A model generated the notes under the pieces. That model saw only the letters and a list, made by a program, of their open reading frames with translations. It had not been told where the DNA came from and ran no database searches. A stretch of DNA of 50,252 nt from a virus (taxonomy: Duplodnaviria > Caudoviricetes), in IMG/VR virus record IMGVR_UViG_3300035141_000014, positions 1-50,252 of that record; one strand, written 5' to 3'. Below are positions 26,458 through 34,875 of the stretch, piece after piece. The position numbers and the translations under genes were made by a program. Within the stretch, counting starts at the first letter, position 1, and the number at the start of each line of letters is the position of its first letter.

Positions 26458-27268
26458 CCTCCAAATTTAACCTAGTCGCCCATATCTCAAAGTTTTTTAA
26501 TTGTGCAAATTCTTGTAAGCTATAATACTTTCTATTCTCTGCAAAGTAGAAGTCAAACATAGCATATATTTCATCTGTAAAGTCACAATCACCTGGTTCG
26601 TGTTTTATATAACCGTTCTCATAAGCTTGCTTTATATTATTTATTATACTTTTAATATTTTCATTAGATAGTTTACCATGTTTTATTCCTTTGTGATTGT
26701 ATAAATCTGTCCAAAAATATCCTGCTATTTCTATTATGGCTTCGTATTTAGTAAATTTCAAAAAATCACATTCTATTTCTATGTATTTATCATAATATTT
26801 ATTAAATACTTCTTCATCACTTTTATGTTTTTCTAAAGTGTGTATATTATTTATTTCTTTATCTATGTTATTATTTATACTTAGTTCTTTATTGGGTTTC
26901 ACTGTGACACTATCCTTGTTTCTCTCTGACACTATCCCTTGTGTCTGTGTGACACCATCATTCTTCAATTGAGATAAATTAACAGCAACTTTATATGTAT
27001 TAGACTTATTTCTTCCTGTTTCGTAATCTTTTCTAATTTGTTTAACTATTAAACCTTTTTCTTCTAAATTCTTAATAACTCTTATTACGGTTGATTTACT
27101 AGTTCCTGTTTTATCAGCGATAGTGTTATAACTAGGAAACGCAACTTTTCCATTATTCCCACATCTTGCCAAATAAAAAAATACCATCATTTCATTAGTA
27201 GACAATCCTAACTCAAATATATCGTTAGGTACTTGAAAAAAAGGTACTTCCATAATTATTTTATTCAT
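26450..27268 (-). CDS. HTH-domain replication initiator-like protein (initiator 1)
   Basis: FFQVPNDIF...AFPSYNTIADKTGTSKSTVIRVIKNLEEKGLI...SNTY winged HTH; internal iterons; likely ATG 27268. Confidence 0.8.
   Translation of the reverse strand: MNKIIMEVPFFQVPNDIFELGLSTNEMMVFFYLARCGNNGKVAFPSYNTIADKTGTSKSTVIRVIKNLEEKGLIVKQIRKDYETGRNKSNTYKVAVNLSQLKNDGVTQTQGIVSERNKDSVTVKPNKELSINNNIDKEINNIHTLEKHKSDEEVFNKYYDKYIEIECDFLKFTKYEAIIEIAGYFWTDLYNHKGIKHGKLSNENIKSIINNIKQAYENGYIKHEPGDCDFTDEIYAMFDFYFAENRKYYSLQEFAQLKNFEIWATRLNLEDE
26896..26960. repeat. Iteron-like direct repeats (3 copies, 22-23 bp spacing)
   Basis: gtttcactgtgacactatcc / gtttctctctgacactatcc / gtgtctgtgtgacaccatca. Confidence 0.7.
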
Positions 27269-27334
27269 TTTAAACTCTCCTCGTGTATGCACCAACCATT
27301 ACCAACTTAGGTCTGTTGTCGTGTATATAATAAA

Positions 27335-27397
27335 AGTTGGTCTTAAGACTACACGACAATCTATAACATTGGGGATCAATCCAATGCAAGACCAACT
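27335..27397 (-). ncRNA. Second C4-like three-way-junction RNA in leader of initiator 1
   Basis: Stem agttggtctt/aagaccaact enclosing two hairpins; one loop is complementary to two downstream sites. Confidence 0.5.
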
Positions 27398-27536
27398 ATA
27401 TTAACAAATTTAATTAGCTCCCCCACTAATTTAACGCATAGAATCCATGAACTCGCTTACTATGCACCCAAAAGTAAAATTTATTTACACAACAGATCAC
27501 AACCTACACACATTCATGCTTAAGTTGTTCTCTATA

Positions 27537-27565
27537 ATTATACACTATTTAGCCTAAAAAGTCAA
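27537..27565 (-). promoter_or_regulatory. Promoter for initiator 1 operon
   Basis: TTGACT-17-TATAAT. Confidence 0.75.
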
Positions 27566-27574
27566 TGAAATCAA

Positions 27575-27665
27575 TAAAAAAGAACGCTTAATTAATAAAC
27601 GTTCTTCTGACTATTTTTTTCTGCTATCTAAATACTTGGAGATCACCGAGTGACTAATTCGGTAT
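27575..27665 (-). ncRNA. Candidate sRNA
   Basis: TTGACT-18-TATAAT at the end of the upstream gene, 5' hairpin accga/tcggt, terminator agaacg/cgttct plus U-run, no ORF. Confidence 0.4.
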
Positions 27666-27670
27666 CTATA

Positions 27671-27943
27671 TTATAGCTTCAAAGCATTACAAAAGTCAAT
27701 AATTTTTTCTTTAAAATATTCTTGATATTCTTCACTTTCTTTTTTTAATGTGCTATTTCCCCATTTGTGAATACAAACATGTTTAGTATTCACAAAATTA
27801 AATTCATATTGCCATTCGTTTGAAGTGATCATAACATGTTTTCCATAATTACGTGTTGCATATAAAGTTGTATTTTTATTTATTTCTACTATTTTTACTA
27901 ATTTTTTCATTAATAAAATATCTAATAATTTTTCAGTACACAT
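27671..27943 (-). CDS. Hypothetical early protein
   Basis: GGAGTG RBS; last gene of leftward early operon. Confidence 0.65.
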   Translation of the reverse strand: MCTEKLLDILLMKKLVKIVEINKNTTLYATRNYGKHVMITSNEWQYEFNFVNTKHVCIHKWGNSTLKKESEEYQEYFKEKIIDFCNALKL

Positions 27944-28035
27944 TATTTATCACTCCTTATCAATCCACAATTCTAACAATATAACCGCCAATATTCCTAA
28001 CAATCCTATCATAGTATCTCCTCTGCTGCTTATTT

Positions 28036-28085
28036 AGTGCTTAACTCTGCACATTAACTAGTAATATGCAGATTAAAAACTAAAG
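28036..28085. promoter_or_regulatory. Long imperfect hairpin in left early operon (twin of 31751..31806)
   Basis: Transcript sense ttttaatctg...gtgcagagttaag in both copies. Confidence 0.55.
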
Positions 28086-28087
28086 TG

Positions 28088-28564
28088 TTATATAATTTCG
28101 TCTTCAATAATAGACAAAACAAAATTATAACCATTTTGTCCACTATAATCTTCAGCAAACAAACAATCTTTCATTATGTCATATTTGTTGCACTTGAACA
28201 TAAATCTTGCTCCCAAAAATGAAACAATTTCTGAACAATCACCTATGTAAATTGTTTTACCGAAAAATTTTTTCATTATTTTTTGATAAACTAGAACAAG
28301 TACTAAGTTGTTATTTGGTTGTTCTTTAATAACATTGAGTATCTCTTGTGCAGACTCAATAGTTAATTTGCTTTTTATTCTTTCTTGTATATATTTGTTT
28401 TTTATTTCTTTTAGATCTTTTAGTTTAGTTTTAAGTTGTTTTGTAATACCTTCATGATGTATTACAAATTCAATCTCAGATATAGAACTTTTAATGTCTT
28501 TTAATGTTTTAGTTTTAAATTGTTTTTTTAAATATTCGTCAACGCTTGTTTTTAAAACTTTCAT
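28088..28564 (-). CDS. Hypothetical early protein
   Basis: 158-aa ORF with GGAGTGG RBS. Confidence 0.7.
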   Translation of the reverse strand: MKVLKTSVDEYLKKQFKTKTLKDIKSSISEIEFVIHHEGITKQLKTKLKDLKEIKNKYIQERIKSKLTIESAQEILNVIKEQPNNNLVLVLVYQKIMKKFFGKTIYIGDCSEIVSFLGARFMFKCNKYDIMKDCLFAEDYSGQNGYNFVLSIIEDEII

Positions 28565-28585
28565 TATTTACCACTCCTTTTAATT

Positions 28586-28780
28586 TTATAAATATTGTCT
28601 AGCAATTTTTCTGTTAACTGCTAGATCAATGTTGTTAATTATAATATCTGCACTTAATATCACACTTTGCATATCATTGTTAAGTTGTTTCATTTTTTCT
28701 GTTTTTAATTCTATTAATTCATTGTATTTTTTTTGTTTTTCTCTTTCATTTCTTTCTTTTTCTGTTAAGTTCCAAATCAT
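28586..28780 (-). CDS. Hypothetical early protein (coiled coil)
   Basis: GGAGTGG RBS then ATG at 28780. Confidence 0.6.
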   Translation of the reverse strand: MIWNLTEKERNEREKQKKYNELIELKTEKMKQLNNDMQSVILSADIIINNIDLAVNRKIARQYL

Positions 28781-28801
28781 TTTTACCACTCCTTTTTTTA
28801 A

Positions 28802-29023
28802 TTATAATTTTGTTACAAAATTATAATCAGGGTCAAATCTTTCTAGTTCTTCAATTTCTTTTGTGTTTATTCTTTCAACTTCTGAATTTCTTAAATCGCA
28901 TATTTGAGATAAATTAATATTTTCTTTTTTATCAATTAATTTTTCTATTATTTCTGATTTATTTTTTTTTGTTAATCTTGTATATTTTACGCTACAAATT
29001 TCATTATTTATTTTTACTAACAT
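28802..29023 (-). CDS. Hypothetical early protein
   Basis: AAGGAG RBS. Confidence 0.6.
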   Translation of the reverse strand: MLVKINNEICSVKYTRLTKKNKSEIIEKLIDKKENINLSQICDLRNSEVERINTKEIEELERFDPDYNFVTKL

Positions 29024-29076
29024 TTTAATCTCCTTCTATGCTCGGTTTATCGTCATGAGCTGGACTATTTTTATAA

Positions 29077-29511
29077 TTAAAACATTTCGTTTCTAATATC
29101 ATTTAAATCTTCATTATTTTCTTCTTCTTCTCTTATATAAGTTCTTTCATTAGAAATTTTTATATTTTTTAATTGATCAAATATTCTTGTTTTATTATCT
29201 GAATAAACTAAAACTTTGTTGTTTTGTATTAATATTTTACAAGCTTTATAAAAACTTTTTCTTCCTCTTCTGTCTTTTTCTCCAATCTCGATTGTCAAAA
29301 CATGACTTTCGTGATCGCATTTATTTATTATTCTGTACAAATCAAATTCATTTTCGCATATTTCTTCAACAATTTCTTCAACATCAACATAAGAAACTTC
29401 TTCGTTTTTAGCAATTTCTCTAAAAGCTAATGCTAATCTTGCAGAATAATCACCTTCAAATTGTTTTGCTAACTCATGAACTTTTATCATCATTTCGCTT
29501 GTAAATTTCAT
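29077..29511 (-). CDS. First gene of leftward early operon, hypothetical
   Basis: GGAGTGG RBS then ATG at 29511; N-terminal MMIKVHELAKQFEGDYSARLALAFR helix pair; acidic tail. Confidence 0.7.
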   Translation of the reverse strand: MKFTSEMMIKVHELAKQFEGDYSARLALAFREIAKNEEVSYVDVEEIVEEICENEFDLYRIINKCDHESHVLTIEIGEKDRRGRKSFYKACKILIQNNKVLVYSDNKTRIFDQLKNIKISNERTYIREEEENNEDLNDIRNEMF

Positions 29512-29568
29512 CTTAACCACTCCTTTTATTTTTTAATTTATTTTTGCTCCCTCTTCCTTTACACTAAT

Positions 29569-29597
29569 ATTGTACTACAAGTACGACAAAAAAGCAA
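29569..29597 (-). promoter_or_regulatory. Leftward early promoter
   Basis: TTGCTT-17-TACAAT; spacer and downstream sequence shared with the rightward promoter. Confidence 0.7.
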
Positions 29598-29698
29598 CCT
29601 TTTTTTATATTTTTTTTAATTTATTTTTCGCTATATATTATATATAATGTAAGAAACAAAATTATTTAAAAATATTTTAATTTATTTTAAAATAATAC

Positions 29699-29727
29699 TT
29701 GACTTTTGATCGTACATAGAGTACAAT
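29699..29727 (+). promoter_or_regulatory. Rightward early promoter
   Basis: TTGACT-17-TACAAT preceded by an AT-rich UP-like tract. Confidence 0.75.
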
Positions 29728-29829
29728 GTTAGTGTAGAAAATAAAACAGAAGTTAAACGAGCTTTGTAGTTAAAAAACTGTTTTATTAGTCAGTTTATTT
29801 GTGTGTTGTTAATAATGTAAAATAAAGGA

Positions 29830-30834
29830 GTGATAGAATTGATAGATAATTTTTATTTTGAAGAAATTAGAATTGTTGATGGAGATGAAATCATAAATAT
29901 GCAATATCGAGATTATTATATTCGTCTTAGATACAGCAAGTATTATGACCCAATATTTCATCTTATAAGAAACAAAAATAATATATTTGAGTTCGTACAA
30001 ACAAAGCCGATTAAAAACATTAATAAATCAAACAGTAGATTTTGTAGTTATTTTGATATCAAAGATTTAATAAAGTTTAATAGCTACAAACTAAAAAGAA
30101 TAAATTATGCAGCTACTAGAAATAGATTTTTTACTGATGATCCTTATACGCAAAGCTTGTATGACAATACGTCAAAAATAATAGAAGACTTTTTACCAGA
30201 AAATTTAAAGTTTTACGATAAAAAAGAATACGAATACGACATTTCATTTTTCAAAATTTTAGAAAAAGAATGTGATTTTAAAATAAAAAAAATGTCGTAT
30301 AGAAAAAATAAAATTAAATATATTGAATTTGAATATACACCAGTTTTTAAAAATTTTAAATACGTAACAAGACAAAGAAGTTTTTACTCTATTAATTCTA
30401 ATGCAATTGATTTTTTTGAAAAATATTTAAATTTTAAAAAAATCAAAAGTGTGAATAGTCTAAAAGAATTAAATTATAAAAATTATATATATAACATACA
30501 TGAGTTTACAAACTTTTTTGAACTAAACAAAAATGAAAAAGCTGAAATTTTAAATGAGTTAATATGTAATAGCGATCTTTTGTCTGATTCTTTAATTGCA
30601 AATATTATTGATTATTGCATTGATAATTACAATGATATCTGCACATTCTCACTAAGTACAGGGATGTATTCTGAGTTGTTTTTAGAAATAATTAATTATT
30701 TTATAGATAATTATTCGAACATAAATCAAAAAACAAAGAAATGTATTATTCAAAATATAGATAGTATACCGAATTTTTATAAAGACAAATTAAAATATAA
30801 AGAATTTTTAAATAAAATAAAAGGAGAGATGTAA
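29830..30834 (+). CDS. Hypothetical early protein (334 aa), coupled to NrN-like gene
   Basis: Long ORF, AAGGAG RBS region, stop 1 bp before next start. Confidence 0.75.
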   Translation: MIELIDNFYFEEIRIVDGDEIINMQYRDYYIRLRYSKYYDPIFHLIRNKNNIFEFVQTKPIKNINKSNSRFCSYFDIKDLIKFNSYKLKRINYAATRNRFFTDDPYTQSLYDNTSKIIEDFLPENLKFYDKKEYEYDISFFKILEKECDFKIKKMSYRKNKIKYIEFEYTPVFKNFKYVTRQRSFYSINSNAIDFFEKYLNFKKIKSVNSLKELNYKNYIYNIHEFTNFFELNKNEKAEILNELICNSDLLSDSLIANIIDYCIDNYNDICTFSLSTGMYSELFLEIINYFIDNYSNINQKTKKCIIQNIDSIPNFYKDKLKYKEFLNKIKGEM

Positions 30835-30835
30835 A

Positions 30836-31627
30836 ATGAAAAGAATATTTGTAGTTCCAAAAAATGACGCCGAGGCAGTAAGAATAATTGAAATACTTCA
30901 AGAAAAAAATGAGAAATTATTAATAACTTCTCAATCTTGGGGTGCAAGTTGGGAAGGATTAGAAGAAGAAATAAAAAAAGAATTACATGAATATGACAAG
31001 AAATATCAATTATCTATAGATAGTAAAATTGCTATCTATGGAGTTGAACTTAAAGGAAACAACGAGTACAATGCTATAGATATAGATCACCACTGCTATG
31101 ATAACGAAGATAGAAGTAATAAAAAATCTTCGCTTGAACAAGTTGCAGAAATTATAAATTATCAATTGTCAAATTACGACAAAATGATATCTGCAAACGA
31201 CACTGGATATATTCCTGCAATGCAAAATTTAGATATCGACATTGCAGCAGAAGAAAGAGAATCTTTGATTATAAAAGTTAGAGCTTTAGACAGAAAATGT
31301 CAAGGAATAACAGAAGAACAAGAAGAACAAGCTATAGAATCAATTGAAAACAACCTTGAAAAAATAGATGAAACTATAATTGTAAAAAGTCCGCATTCTA
31401 AATGTGCGTGCTATACTGATAGACTTTTTGGCAAATACAAAAGATTGCTTGTAATCTCAGAAGATGGAGAGTCAAATTTTTACGGTGACAAATATACTAT
31501 AGAAGAACTTTTCAATAAGTTCGAAGGTTGGAAAGGTGGAAATATAGAAGGGAATAACGGTTATTGGGGAGGATACGGAGATCAAAACGAAATAGAAAAA
31601 ATAGTTAGAGAAGGTGAAGCAAATTAG
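30836..31627 (+). CDS. DHH-family phosphodiesterase, NrN-like (candidate SAM-AMP-degrading anti-CRISPR)
   Basis: Ordered motifs NDAE..I, W.A.W, IYGVELK, IDHH, SSLEQVA, ANDTGYIPAM, R..DRKCQGI, DRL, C-terminal GG...GYWG match the CorA/type III CRISPR-associated NrN family as I recall it. Confidence 0.8.
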   Translation: MKRIFVVPKNDAEAVRIIEILQEKNEKLLITSQSWGASWEGLEEEIKKELHEYDKKYQLSIDSKIAIYGVELKGNNEYNAIDIDHHCYDNEDRSNKKSSLEQVAEIINYQLSNYDKMISANDTGYIPAMQNLDIDIAAEERESLIIKVRALDRKCQGITEEQEEQAIESIENNLEKIDETIIVKSPHSKCACYTDRLFGKYKRLLVISEDGESNFYGDKYTIEELFNKFEGWKGGNIEGNNGYWGGYGDQNEIEKIVREGEAN

Positions 31628-31652
31628 CGGAATATTAAGGAGAAATCACAGA

Positions 31653-31739
31653 ATGGCAAGATTAAGAAGAGAAGAAGAAAGAAAAGAAGAGGAAAAAAGA
31701 AAAAAAGAAAGAGAAGAGTCATTAAAAAAAAATAATTGA
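31653..31739 (+). CDS. Highly charged ER/K peptide (28 aa; possible GTG start at 31614)
   Basis: MARLRREEERKEEEKRKKEREESLKKNN; AAGGAG upstream. Confidence 0.35.
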   Translation: MARLRREEERKEEEKRKKEREESLKKNN

Positions 31740-31750
31740 TAGTTATAAAA

Positions 31751-31806
31751 TTTTTATAATTTTAATCTGTACATTAGAAATAGTGTGCAGAGTTAAGATT
31801 ATAAAA
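31751..31806. promoter_or_regulatory. Long imperfect hairpin in right early operon (twin of 28036..28085)
   Basis: tttttataattttaatctgtac...gtgcagagttaagattataaaaa. Confidence 0.55.
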
Positions 31807-31818
31807 AGGAGGTAAACA

Positions 31819-32034
31819 ATGACAATTAAACAATTAAGAGAATCACGAAATTATACACAACTAGAATTAGCACAAGCAATAGACGTTTCTAAAGACACAA
31901 TTGGGTCTTTAGAAATAGGGAGAAGGCAAGCGAGCTTTTCTACTGTAGAAAAGCTCGCTAAATTATACAAAGTAGATAATACATATATTTATATGTGTCT
32001 CGAAGAAACTAGAAAGGAGAAAGAAAAATGTTAA
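31819..32034 (+). CDS. XRE/Cro-like HTH regulator
   Basis: IKQLRESRNYTQLELAQAIDVSKDTIGSLEIGRR...KLAKLY. Confidence 0.9.
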   Translation: MTIKQLRESRNYTQLELAQAIDVSKDTIGSLEIGRRQASFSTVEKLAKLYKVDNTYIYMCLEETRKEKEKC

Positions 32035-32243
32035 GTATTTTTGACCATCTTGCAAGCAATAGTCCATTCGCAATATTTCAGATAGCAATATATTCTAGTG
32101 CTATCTTTACATTTGTTAGCTTAATGTCTATTATGATTTACTTAGTAATAAGAGAAATGATAATAGAGCAAATTATAACAGTGTCAGAAAAAACAGAAAA
32201 AAAATTCTTACTTGAAAAGATTGAAGAACATGAAGTTAAATAA
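32028..32243 (+). CDS. Small membrane protein
   Basis: One long hydrophobic segment; AAGGAG RBS. Confidence 0.6.
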   Translation: MLSIFDHLASNSPFAIFQIAIYSSAIFTFVSLMSIMIYLVIREMIIEQIITVSEKTEKKFLLEKIEEHEVK

Positions 32244-32373
32244 AAAAGTATTCTACATTGATTATAACAGTGTAGAAGCTTACGAAAGACAAAAGCTATA
32301 TAAGTTTATTATTGCAGTTGTAATATGTGTTATAATCGCTATTATGACGTGTGTGTACATATTTATAAAATAG
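32230..32373 (+). CDS. Small membrane protein (47 aa)
   Basis: C-terminal FIIAVVICVIIAIMTCVYIFI; fills operon gap. Confidence 0.45.
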   Translation: MKLNKKVFYIDYNSVEAYERQKLYKFIIAVVICVIIAIMTCVYIFIK

Positions 32374-32383
32374 GAGTGATGAT

Positions 32384-32860
32384 ATGCGTTTATATGATAT
32401 AACGGAACAAATTTTAGAATACAGTGAATTATTAGCTAATAAAGAAATAACACAAGAAGAGTTTAACAAAGCAATAGAGCAGCTTGACGCACAGGATAAG
32501 TATAAATCTTGCTACTATGCACTAAAAGAGCAAGAGGACGATATAGTGGCTTTAGACAACGAAATAGAAAGACTTAATAAGCTTAAACAAAAAAGACAAA
32601 AGAAAATCGAAGGTTATAAAAATTACTTAATCTACAACTTAGAGCAAGTTGGTGGAAAAGTTAAAACTGATTTATTTGAAATGAAAGTTACTACAAAGAA
32701 AAAAGGAGTATGGAAAGAGGAACTTCCAGAAATATGTTACAAAGAAAAAGTTAATAAAGTTAGGATAACGCAAAATGAAGTTGAACAATTAATTGCAGAT
32801 GGTAAAGTTGATAAAGATGTGTTTGTTAAAGTGGATAACAAAACGTTAACAATAAAATAG
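32384..32860 (+). CDS. Siphovirus Gp157 family protein
   Basis: MRLYDIT...EIERL..LK......YL......KVKTDLF pattern; precedes SSAP. Confidence 0.85.
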   Translation: MRLYDITEQILEYSELLANKEITQEEFNKAIEQLDAQDKYKSCYYALKEQEDDIVALDNEIERLNKLKQKRQKKIEGYKNYLIYNLEQVGGKVKTDLFEMKVTTKKKGVWKEELPEICYKEKVNKVRITQNEVEQLIADGKVDKDVFVKVDNKTLTIK

Positions 32861-32871
32861 GAGTGATATAG

Positions 32872-33564
32872 GTGGAAGATAAAAAAGAAACTATAGCAGA
32901 ATTACAATCTAAAATTAACAATATGGAAAAGCCTAAAAATATATATCAAAAGTTACTTGAAGTACAAAAAAAAGTAAAAGGATTATCTCAGGATGCAAAA
33001 GGCAACAACTATAAGTATGTGACTGGAAACAAGGTTATAAATGCCGTAAAAGATATAATGAATGAACAAGGTTTGTTGTTAAAGCCTGAGATAATTAAAG
33101 TCAATAGAGAAAGAGTTGACTATAAACTAGGTAATGGAAAAGAAAAATCAGAAATGATATATGATGTTGATTTTATTTTTACTTGGATTAATTGTGATAC
33201 AGGAGAAAAAGATGAAAATAAATTTCATGCTACTGGAATGAATAATTGGGAAAAAGGTCTAGGATCAGCTTTGACTTACGCAGAACGTTATTTTTTGCTA
33301 AAATATTTTCATATTGCAACAGATGAAGATGATGTTGATAATCCTGATAGAAAAGATGAAAAAGTTGATCCTGCACCACCAAATGAAAAACCGAAAAAAC
33401 AAGATATAAAATCTAAAGCAATTAAATATATTAATGATAATTCAGAATTTGATTTTATAGAAGAAAAATTAAAAAAATATAAAGTAAAAACTTTAAATAA
33501 TCTTAACGATGAACAGTTAAGATTAATTGCTACAGAAATAAAAGATAAAAAAGATAAAAAGTGA
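32872..33564 (+). CDS. ERF-family single-strand annealing protein
   Basis: NIYQKLLEVQ, NYKYV, GSALTYAERYFLLKYFHIATDEDD. Confidence 0.9.
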   Translation: MEDKKETIAELQSKINNMEKPKNIYQKLLEVQKKVKGLSQDAKGNNYKYVTGNKVINAVKDIMNEQGLLLKPEIIKVNRERVDYKLGNGKEKSEMIYDVDFIFTWINCDTGEKDENKFHATGMNNWEKGLGSALTYAERYFLLKYFHIATDEDDVDNPDRKDEKVDPAPPNEKPKKQDIKSKAIKYINDNSEFDFIEEKLKKYKVKTLNNLNDEQLRLIATEIKDKKDKK

Positions 33565-33637
33565 AATATTATTGTAAAAGAGGTATGCAAATTTTTTGGC
33601 TGCATACCTCAACAACTCAAGTTAGGAGAGTGATAAT

Positions 33638-33823
33638 GTGAAAGCATATGCAACATTTACAGTTGATATGAAGCCTATTACTGAAGATTTAAAACAAAAA
33701 GTTAGCTCAATGAAGCAACGTCATAAGAAAAGACATAGCAAAATGTTATGTGTTAAATTAAACACAAAATCAATATATAAAAGATTACAAAAATATGTAA
33801 AAAAAAATATTAAAGTAAAATAA
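33638..33823 (+). CDS. Small basic hypothetical protein
   Basis: GGAGAGTG RBS, GTG start. Confidence 0.45.
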   Translation: MKAYATFTVDMKPITEDLKQKVSSMKQRHKKRHSKMLCVKLNTKSIYKRLQKYVKKNIKVK

Positions 33824-33981
33824 AATAAAGGAGTGGTAAGAGTGATAGATAAAATAGATGAACTTTATACAAAAATAGAAAAGCTAAATAAAAAGTTGGA
33901 AATACTTGAAGATGAGAATAAAAAATTGAAATTACAACTTTCTTATGCTGAGATAGAATTAGCAAAAAGAAAGGGGTAATT

Positions 33982-34431
33982 ATGGACGAAATGAAATTTA
34001 GAAAAAATAGATACAAGTATGCAGTATTGGTACTTGTTAAAAAGTATGAAGAAACATTACAGGAGTATATACAAGATTCTATTAACATTCCTACAAAGGA
34101 CCTACGTACAAGTTTAACTTACGCTAAGAAGTTGCTAGACTGCTTTAAGTTGCAGCTTACTCAAGATCAACTTAAGAGGGCTGTCAATATCCCTGCAAGA
34201 GAATTTGAAGGAAAATACAAAAAAATGCAGAAAAAAGAAACAATAAATGAAAAAGATATATCTGAAACAGATTATAAGTATCTTCCGCACATATCTTATT
34301 ACATATGTTTTGTAGATGAAAAAAAAGAAAGTTGTAAGTTATCTCCGGAGCAACTTACTTACACAAAACAAATGATTTCATGGTATATGCGATTCCAGAA
34401 TATGTGGGAAAGTACGGTGATCCCATCATGA
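33982..34431 (+). CDS. Hypothetical protein
   Basis: 149-aa ORF with AAGGGG RBS. Confidence 0.7.
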   Translation: MDEMKFRKNRYKYAVLVLVKKYEETLQEYIQDSINIPTKDLRTSLTYAKKLLDCFKLQLTQDQLKRAVNIPAREFEGKYKKMQKKETINEKDISETDYKYLPHISYYICFVDEKKESCKLSPEQLTYTKQMISWYMRFQNMWESTVIPS

Positions 34432-34862
34432 ATATCAAATGTAAAATATTAGATACAGAAACAAATGTAATTCACACATTTGAAAAAAGCAAAGATGCTG
34501 TGAATTACATCGGAATGACTAGGAACAATCTTTCTTATTACTACTATAAGAAAACATTGTTTAAGAAAAGATACAAAATAATATACATAGAAACAAGAAG
34601 AGAGTATTTTGAGAATAAAAAAAATCAGCAAGTTGATCATAAGAAAGTGTTTCAAAACAAAGTTAATAGATTGCTAAATTACATGCAGATTAGCAATCTA
34701 ACAGTTGCAACCAACAAATTGCTTACATACGAAAAAGAAATACTGTTAGATAGACTTGTAGAGTTGGAGCAAAAAAGCAATTTATCTATGTTAGAAATTA
34801 ATAATATATACAAGTCAATGAAATTTAATTGTCTTGTATATAAAGTAAAAAGAGCTATTTAA
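34428..34862 (+). CDS. Putative DNA-binding protein (NUMOD1/HTH-like N-terminus)
   Basis: ATGA coupling at 34428; ILDTETN....FEKSKDAVNYIGM...LSYY...K..FKKRYKI. Confidence 0.55.
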   Translation: MNIKCKILDTETNVIHTFEKSKDAVNYIGMTRNNLSYYYYKKTLFKKRYKIIYIETRREYFENKKNQQVDHKKVFQNKVNRLLNYMQISNLTVATNKLLTYEKEILLDRLVELEQKSNLSMLEINNIYKSMKFNCLVYKVKRAI

Positions 34863-34875
34863 TTAGCTCTTTTTT
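34849..34875. terminator. Terminator between convergent operons
   Basis: aaagagcta-tttaat-tagctcttt. Confidence 0.75.

Noticed and set aside
26896-26960. Mini-CRISPR array
   Set aside because: Repeats are contiguous with no spacers and lie within an initiator gene; iterons fit better. No repeat-spacer array was seen elsewhere
28801-28827. Palindrome making two opposite ORFs both end in YNFVTKL
   Set aside because: AT-rich hairpin at a gene end; the plus-strand ORF 28629..28826 is a shadow, so no evidence of a paired system
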